Of a stretch of DNA of 64,000 nt, positions 12,137 through 25,584 are shown one piece after another. The first letter of the stretch is position 1. Every line of letters begins with the position of its first letter. The position numbers and the translations under genes are program-made. The DNA is from Antedon mediterranea. Taxonomy: Eukaryota > Animalia > Echinodermata. The notes below the pieces were generated by a model. That model did not search any database, had not been told where the DNA came from, and saw only the letters and a list, made by a program, of their open reading frames with translations. The stretch covers positions 29,546,912 through 29,610,911 of the forward strand of contig NC_092675.1 of the NCBI RefSeq assembly GCF_964355755.1. Direction: 5' to 3'.

Positions 12137-12600
12137 AATAATAATAATAATAACAACTTTATTTAAAAACGGATGCAACACTTGAATCACCATATTGGTG
12201 TTTTTCACAAGGCCGTTACTTACTACAAAACTATTTATACTATTACACAAGTTATCAATTACAGTACAAAAACAACAACAACAACAACAACAACAACAAA
12301 AAAAGATTTCATGAAAAAATATAGAGTTTCAAGTATATTTTATCTTTGGTCATTTATCATTTTTTTAAATATATGTATATTAGGAGCTGTAATTGCATTT
12401 GAGTTTATAGCATTTAAACTATTCCATAGCTTTGCGCCAGAATACGAGAAACTTTTCTTTTTATACTCAGTGTTTGCCTTATGTAAACTTAGAATATCTT
12501 TTGATCTAGTATTATATGTTTGTTTGCGTTCATAGAATCTGTACTTGTCACATTAAATAGAATTATGATAATAGTTTTGCAATTGTAAACTATTTTATAA
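12137..12600 (-). mobile_element. 3' fragment of a CR1/L2-group LINE
   Basis: Minus frame YNTRSKD..KSFSYSGAKLWNSL..IFKK, then AATAAA and a (TTA)n tail. Near-identical to 36820-37115. Confidence 0.8.
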
Positions 12601-13299
12601 TACATATTTATTAACAAACTAGTGTACATTCACTTTTACAGACAATTATTTACTAACATGCTAAGTTAATTCACAAAAAAAGGCCTAACACAGCAACACC
12701 AAAAGTCAACGAATCGTTACTCAGCACGGCCTATTCTTTACCATTGCCCGTGTAAATTACGCCCGGTAAATTAAGTATTGTTTTTATGATATAAATCAGT
12801 ATAAAATACATGTTATTAATAGGAAAAAATGTTAAATGTCATTAACATTTATTTGTTTTACCAGAAACAAGTTAAATATAGGAATATTATTAAACTATCC
12901 TACGTGAAAACGCGTAAACACCAACACGCCCGGTCACGCTATTGTAGCGCCCGGTTGATAAAGCAAACTGTTTATACGGCAGTTTTTACTAAATAAATTG
13001 CATAAAGCGAACAATTAAATATCCAAATAGTATTTAACATGATGTTGGCATGTAGTTGATAACATTTTTTATCATGAAAATACTACCGGTGGTCCAGCCT
13101 TTGATTAGTGAAACCGTCACAAAAAGTTGTATACATCCCAGATACGTACATCCACACTTATGGCGGCGCCCTACCACATGGACAATATTACTGTTACAGG
13201 GAAAATCGCTGATTACTCATTCTTGTGATATATATTCTTTGATTCGATCTCGTAAATTTTATGCTTAGCGACCTCAATTTTAATATATCCATCTTCTTC

Positions 13300-13452
13300 A
13301 GTTTTGACATTGATAGCGGGCAGCAGACAATTCTGAATTCTGAAAAAAGACAAGAAGACGATTTATTTGTTTATTTATACAGAATTATGTTTTAATTACT
13401 GTGGCGGGATTTGCTTTTTAATTTTCAAATAGGCCCCTCTAGACAGAACCAA
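13300..13452 (+). other. Possible non-coding first exon/promoter of a host gene
   Basis: Strong donor AAG|gtaag at 13452/13453, CpG-containing upstream sequence, GC-rich downstream flank, then a long CpG-poor domain. The 5' boundary is a guess. Confidence 0.2.
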
Positions 13453-15602
13453 GGTAAGATTTAAATAGCATGTCTCATTTCACTTTAATTCCGCCTGCTG
13501 ACCCGGCTGGGCCTAGCCTAACTAAGAATAGGCTGCAGAGCTGGGTGCTGAGCCTGGCTGGGTGGATGTGGGGGAGGGTGGTTTGATTGTCACTGTAATA
13601 TTTTTCCTGCTGACCGGCCACTCGCTGTAACTGATCAATGCTTGATTTTATTATTATGTATTTGTACTGTGCACATGTTTTTTTTCCATACTTTTGAATA
13701 TTTTTAAATTTAATGTTTCAGTACCAGGGGGGGGGGGGGGGGTTAGAGAATGATTGTTTTGTTGAATAATCACATTCCAGTAGTTTTCAAATGTTTTAGG
13801 CTCTGGCCTTGTTAAAAGTAGGTGTGTAAAACGAATATTCGTGAAATAGTACAACTACAAATAATTTTATTCAGTGAAAAATGAAAATTTATCATATTTT
13901 CACCTCAAGAAATTATTTGTTGCTTTCTTGACTAATATATTAATATCTTTAAAAAGAATTATTTTAACTAAACCATCTATGCCTATAACAAAATACTAAA
14001 ACAAATATAAAACAAAACACTTTTAAAAGTTGTGATTTCATCACAACATCAGTAATAAAGTAATTCATGTTGGTTGTTGGCGTCATAAAGTCCTACAAGT
14101 AGTGTATTAGCCAATAAAATAAAAACCAATAACTAGGCTTAGTGCCGCTTTGCTTCCTGTTCTTTTGGTGTTGGCATTCTGTAAAGTAGTGTATCAAATA
14201 TTGTAATGACCTTGGTATATGAAAAAATATATTATAGCTATAGTGTTGCCCGAAAGTTCTGCTAATTTTTTTGGCTGTTTTACTTTATTATTGTTTTGAT
14301 TTAGCTTTTTGAATATTTTATTTCATTATTGAGATCCAGTCACTGATACCCACAGCATTGTCATTTTTAGTAATTTGCCTTGTTGGATTTATATATAGCA
14401 TACAGTGCACCAATGTTTAGATGTTGTTTTTTCCACTCATAACACAACTAAAATAGTGAACATATTTTATTTTCAATTATATTATATTTTCAATTATATT
14501 ATATTTCTTATGATTTTCTGCTCGGTTAATTTTTTAGTAGGGACTTGAATGTAAAAAACGTTTTAGCATTGCTAAGTTTAAAAATTAAGTATTGTTGTAC
14601 ACACACACACATTTGGATCCCATTCTAAAGTGATTGATTGACTTGTTAACTCTTGATTTAAAAATGTGTAAATACAGCTAATAAGGTTTTATTACGAAAT
14701 GTTGAGACTGACAACAAGAAGTCTGTAACTGTATACTGATTAATACTTTGATTGCTTGTTGCATTGTTTACATCTTTCATTTTATCATTTTAACAAGGAC
14801 ATTGTATGACAACCCTGGATGCACCGCTGCAGGAAATGGCCCTAACAAGTACACTATACTCTAGGCTTTAATAATGTAACAAATCAGCAGAATATTTTTA
14901 ATTTATCAAATATTTTATCTGTACATTAAATAGAATTGTGATATTTGGGGAAGAAAAAGTAAAGTTTCCTGCACAAATGACATGACAATCTTTAGTTTGT
15001 GGTCAAAAGTTTTATCAATAACAGGGTTGTTTGATTGCTTAATTTTGTTTGCTCATGATTGTTGCGTAAGTTTCACGTTTCTTCAACGTGGAAATGTCTG
15101 GGCAACTATTAATAGTATTGAGTATCAACCAACAGCTGGGTGTATCTAAGGTTTGTAACAGTATCACTTATATTATATTGATCAATGTAGGCCTACGGTA
15201 TTGTATAGGCCTACTATATTATATACTGTATTAGTATTGATGATTGGGTCCCAGCCTGAGTTTGGCTTTACAATAGGCTGTGAAGTGTGTGATTTATTTT
15301 GACTATTTTGTGGTACTCTACCTGTACCTGTATATAATTTTTTACATTAAACCATTCATGAATATTTACAACATACATGTGCGATGTTTCGACTTGTTAA
15401 CAAAAATCTTCATCTGGCAATGACTAGATGTAAGTTTTAACTTGGGATATCCAACAACCACTACATGAATCAAATACCTCATCTAGGCATGGTAAGTTTG
15501 TAGAATGATGACATGGATTGACTGTACAAATTGTACAGTATATTATTTGTTTTTAAATTTATTAAATTAAAACTAGAAATTAAAGTAGAACGTTGAGCAT
15601 TA

Positions 15603-15777
15603 AGGTCTGTCTACGCTATCAAACTTTATGTGACAAAAAAGTGTGATGGTAGTGATATGCCCAAATATGGTAGTGATATGCCCAAATATCGTAGTGAAAT
15701 TACATCATTATGTCCATATATATTATATGCATATCACATTTTTTTGTCACATAAAGTTTGATAGTGTAGACACAGCA
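15603..15777. mobile_element. Harbinger-like MITE family A
   Basis: TIRs ..TCTGTCTACGCTATCAAACTTTATGTGACAAAAAA / TTTTTTGTCACATAAAGTTTGATAGTGTAGACA; internal 21-bp repeats. Confidence 0.85.
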
Positions 15778-16039
15778 TTATATTCATACGGTATTTCCTC
15801 ACACTCATTAATGTCACACAGGTGTTTCCCAATTTAAAATTAAAGAAGGATTATGAATAAACCTCAAAATGTTAGTAGAGACAGGAACATTAACCAGTTT
15901 CCTGGTTGGCAGTGATTACTGGCAGGATACACCTGGGAATGGTCAAGCCTGTGGTAGGGAGTAGTACACTTTAACCAAAGGTCCTGGTTCTGTTGAAAGC
16001 CAATGTTTTTGAGTGCATAGAACATACCTTAAAATCTCA

Positions 16040-16185
16040 AGCTCTGTCTACACTATCAAACTAGTTTGACAAAAAAAGTGTTGTGCCAAAATATGGTAGT
16101 GATATGCTTAAATATGGTAGTGATATCCCCAAATACTGGTAGTGATATATGCCCAAATACTGGTAGTGATATGACATCATCATGT
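16040..16185. mobile_element. Harbinger-like MITE family A, truncated
   Basis: One TIR AGCTCTGTCTACACTATCAAACTAGTTTGAC plus four ATATGGTAGTGATATG-type repeats. Confidence 0.8.
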
Positions 16186-16754
16186 ACTGTACATTCATAG
16201 TATATTCTTAAAAATTGAGTTTTGCAATAAATTTAAAACAATGCATTATAAATTGTGATTCAATGTTCTTGATGGCTGTTGCTAATGCACTGTACCATTG
16301 TGCTTGTTTGTACAACTGGAATTGTGTTGGTTCATTTTCCATTAACTACAACAAAATAAATCGTCTAGAGAGGCCGAGGGCTATTTCAACTTAATTTAAC
16401 TAACATTTTTCCTGGTCTCTGAGAGAAATATCAATTAATAGAATAAATAATATAATATTCAAGATTGAGTATTCAGAGATTAAGTTTGATTGAAGGCATT
16501 TTGGATGATTCAGTATATTACATGAGTTAACCTTTGATTTCCTATCCCTACCATCTGCTGCAGTATTGCAAGAGATGACGGATTTTGGTCTAGCCTTTCA
16601 AATTGTCAATTTATAACTATAGGAATTATTTTTCAGCATACTTTTACTACAGTCACTCAACCTTCCCATTTCCAACTGTCTTTTACTTTAATTGTTAAAT
16701 GGCCTTTGTTGAACCATGTTTAGTCTATCCTATCCAGCAATGCCTTCATCAAGC

Positions 16755-17780
16755 AAGGGCAGTACACAAGTGTGCAGATTTGCATCTTCTTCAACGTGAC
16801 CTGGCTACATGTAAATCAAGGGCAGTATTACTACAAGTGTGCAGAGTTACATCTTCTTCAACGTGACCTGGCTACATGTAAATCAAGGGCAGTATTACTA
16901 CAAGTGTGCAGATTTACATCTTCTTCAACGTGACCTGGCTACATGTAAATCAAGGGCAGTATTACTACAAGTGTGCAGAGTTACATCTTCTTCAACGTGA
17001 CCTGGCTACATGTAAATCAAGGGCAGTATTACTACAAGTGTGCAGAGTTACATCTTCTTCAACGTGACCTGGCTACATGTAAATCAAGGGCAGTACACAA
17101 GTGTGCAGATTTGCATCTTCTTCAACGTGACCTGGCTACATGTAAATCAAGGGCAGTACACAAGTGTGCAGATTTGCATCTTCTTCAACGTGACCTGGCT
17201 ACATGTAAATCAAGGGCAGTACACAAGTGTGCAGATTTGCATCTTCTTCAACGTGACCTGGCTACATGTAAATCAAGGGCAGTACACAAGTGTGCAGATT
17301 TGCATCTTCTTCAACGTGACCTGGCAGCTACATGTAAATCAAGGGCAGTACACAAGTGTGCAGATTTGCATCTTCTTCAACATGACCTGGCTACATGTAA
17401 ACCAAGGGCAGTAACTACAAGTGTGCAGATTTGCATCTTCTTCAACGTGACCTGGCTACATGTAAATCAAGGGCAGTAACTACAAGTGTGCAGAGTTACA
17501 TCTTCTTCAACGTGACCTGGCTACATGTAAATCAAGGGCAGTAACTACAAGTGTGCAGAGTTGCATCTTCTTCAACGTGACCTGGCTACATGTAAATCAA
17601 GGGCAGTAACTACAAACAAGTGTGCAGAGTTACATCTTCTTCAACGTGACCTGGCTACATGTAAATCAAGGGCAGTACACAAGTGTTCAGATTTGCATCT
17701 TCTTCAACGTGACCTGGCTACATGTAAATCAAGGGTAGTAACTACAAGTGTGCAGAGTTGCATCTTCCTCAACTTGACCT
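16755..17780. repeat. Minisatellite, ~16 units of 63-69 bp
   Basis: Unit CAAGGGCAGT(ACA/ATTACTA/AACTA)CAAGTGTGCAGA(T/G)TT(G/A)CATCTTCTTCAACGTGACCTGGCTACATGTAAAT. Confidence 0.95.
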
Positions 17781-18166
17781 AACGGATGTTGCATTCTGCT
17801 AGGCCCCTTGAGCCTTCTTCCGCCTTCTTCTTCAAGGTACCCTGACAGTATAGTGTCTCATTACAGGAAACTATCAGAAACTTGTTGACATTCATCATGG
17901 AACTCTTTTCCTTCCTTTCTGCTAATTAACTTTCAGGACATGTTACAAAGATAAATTAGTCACTTGGACTTGAATGCCTGCTTTACACATTCTTCTACAT
18001 AGTAGCATGAGAAATGCTAAAATGATGTCGTCCATAAGGTCACTTAATGATTCCAGTATCTGGACACTCATTATGAATTATTATGAATTTTATCATAATT
18101 ATTGTTTAGTATTAAAAAAAATAATTGCTTTTGTTTCATGTCCGAGATTGGAAATTTTCTCTTTGA

Positions 18167-18797
18167 TGAGTGCTACTACTGTATACTTGAGTGCTACTAC
18201 TGTACACTTGAGTGCTACTACTGTACACTTGAGTGCTACTACTGTATACTTGAGTGCTACTACTGTACACTTGAGTGCTACTACTGTACACTTGAGTGCT
18301 ACTACTGTACACTTGAGTGCTACTACTGTATACTTGAGTGCTACTACTGTATACTTGAGTGCTACTACTGTACACTTGAGTGCTACTACTGTACACTTGA
18401 GTGCTACTACTGTACACTTGAGTGCTACTACTGTACACTTGAGTGCTACTACTGTACACTTGAGTGCTACTACTGTACACTTGAGTGCTACTACTGTACA
18501 CTTGAGTGCTACTACTGTACACTTGAGTGCTACTACTGTACACTTGAGTGCTACTACTGTACACTTGAGTGCTACTACTGTACACTTGAGTGCTACTACT
18601 GTACACTTGAGTGCTACTACTGTACACTTGAGTGCTACTACTGTACACTTGAGTGCTACTACTGTACACTTGAGTGCTACTACTGTACACTTGAGTGCTA
18701 CTACTGTACACTTGAGTGCTACTACTGTACACTTGAGTGCTACTACTGTACACTTGAGTGCTACTACTGTATACTTGAGTGCTACTACTGTACACTT
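18167..18797. repeat. Minisatellite, ~30 x 21 bp, nearly homogeneous
   Basis: TGAGTGCTACTACTGTA(C/T)ACT repeated; only one variable position seen. Confidence 0.97.
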
Positions 18798-21527
18798 TTT
18801 TGACAAACTAACGTGGTGATAATGATATATAAAACTATCGTTCTCATGTAAGTTGGTTAAATTAATGTGAAAAACTAAAAATGATGATCAAATAAACAAC
18901 AGTATAATAATTGTGATTATGCAATTTTTATGGTATTTTTTCTCCAATTATTTACAGAATGCAAACATATTTTTAATAAAAAGAAATATTGTAATGCAAT
19001 GAAGAAGGACACAGGGATGTAAAACCAACTTTTTTTGCTTTAAATGTATGTGGAAAAGATTGATTAATATTATTTTAATGATTTTCTATTCTTAATTCTG
19101 CATCTAGTAGTATTATGTATGTTAACAAAACAATATTTAATTTCCATAATGGAAAGAAAATGTTTTTTTAATAGTCCACCGACAATCGTCTAATTAACCA
19201 TTTTCCTCATGTAATTAATATAATATGGAGATAATTAACATATGGTAATTATATGTTAATGATGTTTTTATATGCCACTAGTGATTCACTCCATCATGAT
19301 GATTACTGGCTTACTAATCCATCCCTGGATGATGCTTTTGTTTCAAGAGTTGCCTGACTATAGCTTATTATTGGAATCAAGATAAAAAGATGAAAAATAT
19401 TTGAAACATAGCAAAGTTAAAACATTTTTTTTTTAAATTTATTCAATTTTCTGCCATATACAATACAAAGAAGACAAAACAAATATAAAAGGCAAGGAAA
19501 GACCAAACAGGTGCTGAACACCTATGCTAGTTGGTCAACCCAAAACAGAGCACAGAAATAAAAAAAAAATGTTCTACAATTAAAGCATCTACAAGAGAGC
19601 GACAACTACACACATTTTCAATATCAAAATTATTTTAAATAAATGGCAAAATAAATGTTTGAAAGATTAAGATTTCACAGTTTATTTCGTGCCTAGTTTA
19701 CCTGGATAAACCAACAATAGCCTTTCTCCTCGAAGAGCGAGATATAACTTAAAAAGTAGAAGTTTTCATTGAATGCCTCCTCCACAAAATGGTATAGTCC
19801 ATGAACACCGCTGTTAATTTGTGTACAGTATTTCTTTTTCTGTACCTCTGCAGGCTAGTGTTTTAAAATATCAATTGTCTTTCTTTGACTACTAATCTAT
19901 TCAATTCTAATGAAGAATAACATGTTATTAATTACATAAACCTTTTTAAATTTCAAATTATAGAATGTTGATTGTTTTTCCTGATTGTACTAAATTGGAT
20001 TTTATTTTTAGAATAGTGAAATTACTTTATAACAAGCTATTACATGTCATCATACTTCATATCGATCAGATTCCAATTATGACTTGATGATAAACAATTA
20101 TTTATATGTGTTCCACCAGTGTCCCCTATTCATTTGTATATATGATGAAGCAACAAATAATAAACTAATTCCTTCCTTCAATTCCCACCATATTGTTTTC
20201 CCCCTCCAGTCCTCCTCATCTATATCTCTAATAATCTGTTTACCTGTACAGTAGTAAGGAGAGGTTATTGTAAACATATAAAGAATGCCATTGTTTATTT
20301 ACACAGTGTAGACAATTTATCAATATACAGATACTACAGTGTAGCAGGAAGTTGTAACAACTCCCTGAGTGTAGTATGGAGTGGAGGTTATTAATTCCAC
20401 TTGTCCAACTCTGCACATTTATATAGGACTTATAAGAAAGGATTTTTTGATCATCTAGTAGTACCAGCTTTGCTATAGATTGGTTTGGAGTTGATTGATT
20501 GGGCGTGGCAGAGGTAGAAAGTTACTAATTACTGTACTCAGTACTAACTAACTATTGTACTCCGGTGTGAATGATCTATCTATAAGTCTATAAATGGTCT
20601 AATTAATCCCGGTAATTTCTGGTACCTGGAAATAAATTTAGGACCTACAGTACTGTATTGTTAATTAATACCAACTGTTTGCATTGATGGTTGTTTAGTG
20701 TAAAGCTATCAGGTAGTTGAATTCCTCTATAAGATTAAACATTAGCAATTTTACATCTGGAAAAATTAAAACCACCTTGACTTTTTAAAGAACAAATCAA
20801 TCTGAAGGTTGGAAATGTTTTTATTGAAATAATAGGTCAATGCTCCTAACAAAAAATCTTAATCTTTATCTAAACATTCCTTGAATGAAAAGACCATGAA
20901 ATCTGGTATATTGATAGAATTCAATGGTTTGCTAACCATTATATATGCTTGAATGCTGGTCAATTGGCTACTGTGCTGTGGTCAAAATTGGCTATTACTG
21001 TGGTCAAAGAGCTATGCTGTGGCCTTGTGGGTGTATATAATATTTTAGTTTCTTATTCTTTAAAACCATAAATACCAAATCTAAATTCATAACTGTGAAA
21101 GACAGGTATTTTGCAGGTGAATCGTGTCCAGCCCTCCCAAGTCAACTAAATTGCGGGAGGTTGCCATATTTCTTCTTTTTTCCTGCCTGCGATATAGAAA
21201 ATGTTTTAGTTTATTTTTAAGCATCTTCTGTTTGTTAACTGAAATTGAGAATGCGTTTCTCCACCACATTTTCCACCTTTACCATGTCTGGAGTGGAAAG
21301 CTCCATTCACTGTTTACTATCAAATGCATGCCTAAGATGTTTAATTGATTAATAGCATCCTATAGGGTTTGATGAATTGTTTGTCAATTTGTATAGCACC
21401 CTCTCTTGTTGTTTGGCTATGCTTTCATAAATTCTCCCAAGTTGGGACTTCTGTACAGGTTCAACATTTTTTCATTAGTGTTCAACTACAAAACTGATTG
21501 GATTGAAGGTTTTTTTTTTAGATCAAG

Positions 21528-21680
21528 ACACAACTTTGCGCTGATTACTAGCTGCATTATAGGAGTATGTTTCCATACCTGTTTGAAAAAATAAATAAAT
21601 AAATTACCAGGGTAATAATGTGCAGCGCATTGAGAGCTTGCTTACACTGTATGCACTATTATGCAAGAATGAACTATTTT
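21528..21680 (+). mobile_element. 3' part of a SINE/LINE-tail repeat (paralog of 40845-41015)
   Basis: TTGCGCTGATT..GCTGCATTATAGGAGTATGTTTCCATAC..CCAGGGTAATAATGTGCAGCGCATTGAGAGCTTGC; inverted copy at 40.9 kb. Confidence 0.65.
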
Positions 21681-22369
21681 TTGTTTTATTGGTTATCCTT
21701 ACTAGTCCTAACAATTGATTGAACAACTGGTTACTTACAGTATTTCAGAGTAGAAATATTCGAACCCTTGACTTTGAGGAACTAGGACAATAGAAGAAAA
21801 TGTCACCAGTATGAAAAGTGAAAGTTGGGACATTTACAATAGCATGACATACAAACTATAATATAATACAATGGTTAAAGAGATAAACACAATGGTGATA
21901 ACCCGCCACATGTACTTTTCACCAGTTTATTCTTTTAAATTAGTAAATACAATGATTCAAGTTTAAAATTTAAGAGAACATATGACCTTAACAACATGTG
22001 GAATTGAACTATAGCTGTACTGTCAGTGGGTAATAGTATCCATTTCCAGACTACCAGTTATATTTTGCTACACACAATATGTACTTTGAAGTGTGAGCAG
22101 TATTATCAATCAAAACTTTTTGTTATCCTTTTTTAATAGTTCATATTGAATAATACAATGGCAACGTTTAATATTATTGTCTTCTCCCTTTTCAAACCAC
22201 TGGTACTCACTAAATATTTGAACATGACAGCCGTAATACTGTACACATCAGGAGTTTATGCACATTTTTTGTTTTGTTTTGACCATACCAGAAATTACCC
22301 AAAAATTGAAATTCAAATGCAAAATCAAACAATTTCAAATGTTTAAATAACATTCAGGCCTTTTTTTCT

Positions 22370-22565
22370 TTTGAAAATCATAGGTGTGCTACAAATTGCA
22401 CTCCTCAATGCATTCAGGGGTGTTGTAGGTATTTTCGTGTGTAGAAGTTTACCAAATTAAGGCGTGTTGTAAATCGCACTCCTCAAAGGCAGTTTAGGAG
22501 TGTGTTAGGTGAGTGATTGCACTCACTCGCCTTAAAAGAAAAGGCGTGGCAGTAAATCACTTACA
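22370..22565. repeat. Unclassified dispersed repeat (paralog of 27477-27602)
   Basis: TTTGAAAAT(C/T)ATAGGTGTGCTACAAATTGCACTCCTCAAT..GTGTAGAAGTTTACCAAATT..GCGTGTTGTAAATCGCA shared by both loci. Confidence 0.75.
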
Positions 22566-24569
22566 AAATTGAAATGCGTTGAACTATTTAAAATATTTAA
22601 AATAGTACACATTTGTTATTGTTTTGATATTAAAATAGTCAGTTTTATCTAAATAACTTTAAAAATTGAAATTTATCAAACTATACTACTCAATATTATG
22701 CATTTTTTATTGTTTGATAATTAATACTGTAAGCAGTTTTATCTAAATAACTAAATTGGAATGCATTTAACTATTTTAAATACTTTACACATTTGTTATT
22801 GTTTTTATAATACAAGTTGAGTAAGTGGTTCATTGTAGTTTTGTACTGTCAGCCACAATACCGGTAAATTTGTAAAAATGCATTCTTTAGCGTTCAAGTG
22901 GATTTGAGTATTACAAGATATGCTAAGTACTGTATGTAGTATAATGATGATACTTATTACAATACACAGTGTTCATTGGAATTTTTGATCATTTTAAATA
23001 CGTCAATAAATACAGTATCGTAGGCATCAATCATTCCTATACACATTTATATTTTAGATAAGAATTAAAATGTTCAGATTGTTTTAAAGAAAAACAAAAA
23101 TAGTTATGAGTTAATTATTTCATCTGCTGTTTTATTGAATTCAGTAGTTTAATACACCAATGCACAAAACTTATTATTTCGTGATGATGAAAATAGTAAA
23201 ACAATGCGACTGCCAATATATGTTGCTCAGTTTAAATAAGGAAATATATTTTTTTTAAACCCCTAATTGTCAAATGATCAAATATTCAATACCTGAGTTA
23301 CAGTAATGTTTGTTTTGTCATGGATGAAGGATAACTTTGGCCAAATTTAATGTCAATTGTTTGATGTACAGTAATTGTATGATTTTTTCAATTTGATATT
23401 TCTGCCCTGTTTAACAACGAAACAAGAGCAACGTATTCAAAAGTAATAAAAGATCTATTTAGCCTCGGCTAGCTTCAAGCTCGACTTCAAAATTCAAGAA
23501 TTCTAGTATTGTTTTTAAACTTTGTGCTGTCTTTACGACAGTACGAAAAGAAATGATGACGGTAGTACGTGAGAGTGGTCCTACAAGAAGACGCTATAGT
23601 GGACTGTCCCATTTATTAAGGAGGTGATCTACTGTGAAATTTTTCTATTCGTAATTGTTTTCGCACTTTGTGGAAAAAGGCTACTGTCAGGTTTATCCAG
23701 GTAAGCGGCACTTATAGACTACCAACACCATTCTAATTTGTGTCATTTGATAGCCTGTGGTTTTATTCACAATATGAAAAAGCTTGAAGATCATGTTACT
23801 ATAGTTAATTTTTTGCATAAATTGTTGAGTAAAAATGATATATTTATTACATTTAAAGAAAAACTTGTACGCTTTACCTATTTACCTTTGGTCTGCTTTT
23901 ATGGACAAAATATATTTGAGAAATTAGCTTACTCCACTCCTAAATCAGTTTATGACAGAAATGATGAGGAGAAATAAAATACTCAGTAATTCCGGTTATT
24001 TTTACAGTAGTAAGAAAAACTAATTGGATGATAAGAATAAGTTTTTATCCAGGGTTGTTTTTGGTAGATGTTATTAGTAGCTAGGCATTAGTGGGCTAAT
24101 TAACTTCCTAGTTTGTACTTAGAAAAACCACAACATGACCAGCCATACTGTGCTTTATGTTGCTCCTCAGGAGTATTACAGGTGTGTGTTCTAAATCTTA
24201 AATAGGTAAATCATCATTGTAACCTACACTTGCCCAAAGTCTGTATTATTGTCTTTTTAATGTTAGTCCACCAGTGGAAGTTTCGATTTTTGTATGCGAG
24301 TATTATATTATATGAAACGCCATATGTGCCATTATCTTTACTAATTACGGGCTAGAACCTAGTCTACATTGTAACCATACAATCACTTGTAAATGAAGCA
24401 CACTGCAGGTTAAATATGGGTACACATGCTGGCAGATATAGGCTACTGTCACTGTGGAGGCTCATTGTATACCTCTATGCTGTCACGAGGTGCTGTAAAT
24501 TATTATATTTTTCATATAAATCATGAAGATTTTATAAGAAAGTACAAACTACAAGTTGAAGAAACTTAA

Positions 24570-24710
24570 AGCTCTGTCTATCATAGTGTCAAACTTTATG
24601 TGAAAACAATGTGATTTGCATATGGACATGATGATCTCATATCACTATCATATTTAGGCACATCACTACTATATTTTTTGTCAAACTAGTTTGATAGTGT
24701 AGACGAAGCT
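24570..24710. mobile_element. Harbinger-like MITE family A
   Basis: AGCTCTGTCTA.. / ..GATAGTGTAGACGAAGCT flanked by TAA and TTA. Confidence 0.8.
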
Positions 24711-25584
24711 TTATATCTGAAATCACACTATGTGCAATCTACCCATCATATATATTCTCTCACATTAAAAATTCCTTTTTAATACCTATGGAGGTACAGG
24801 CAGGGATATAACAACAGAAAATGTACACCAGTGGGTGGGTTATGATTGATGGACACCACTGACCAACTCAAAGGATATTATTACATCACAGATTTCCTTT
24901 TTTATCCCAACCATGGAACTAGTTCCATGTCCCAACTAATAATTTATAGTGTTGTGAAATAACCTTGTTTGTAAGGTCAGATCTACCTGTGAGATCAAAA
25001 GCAAACAGTTGGTTGTCTTTATAAGCACATAATTGGCACTTCTGTAGGATACTGTAGCTTGCAACAAGTGGCAGCTTCTAGAAATCATTCTGCTTCTGCC
25101 TCCTGAGAAAGATGTTTGATGTTCCCACTATCAACTTGCTCATTATTACATTACAGTACAATTTTTATATTGAAAGTAATTTCTCAAAGGCACACATCGC
25201 ACACGACCCAAACCAATGTATGCGATAACAAGAGAGTGTTTGTACGTTACAGATATAGATATTCAATAACAAGAGATAGTGTTTGTACGTTACAGATGTA
25301 GATATTCAATTAAGGGATCGATATTAAACAGTACTGTTCGGCAAGGGCAATGACATCAGTGTACCAAGCAATACATTTTACTATGATGTGTTATTGATTT
25401 TTTTTGTTTTTTTTTTCCCAGTATTGCATTGAAAATGTTTAAAAAGACATTCATCTAAATCTTTAAATCTATATTGACTAGACATCTAATTAATTTTGCA
25501 ACGTTGTCTGTCTATAATCCTCAGTAAAGTCTCTGTAAAATATAACAAGGGGTTATTTCCTAAAATACTAAAATAATGTCTTAA

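Noticed and set aside
12005-12535. Duplicated small membrane-protein ORFs (shared with 36776-37118)
   Set aside because: Antisense and UTR frames of a duplicated LINE 3' end.
16755-17780. CRISPR-like or repeat-protein interpretation of the 63-69-bp array
   Set aside because: No unique spacers and no cas genes in a eukaryotic context; unit-length variants shift the frame.
17974-18819. Four overlapping ORFs of 219-281 aa (SATTVHL, KCTVVAL, ECYYCTL, VYSSSTQ repeats)
   Set aside because: Artefacts of a stop-poor 21-bp tandem unit on both strands; no synonymous-type variation and no unique coding flanks.
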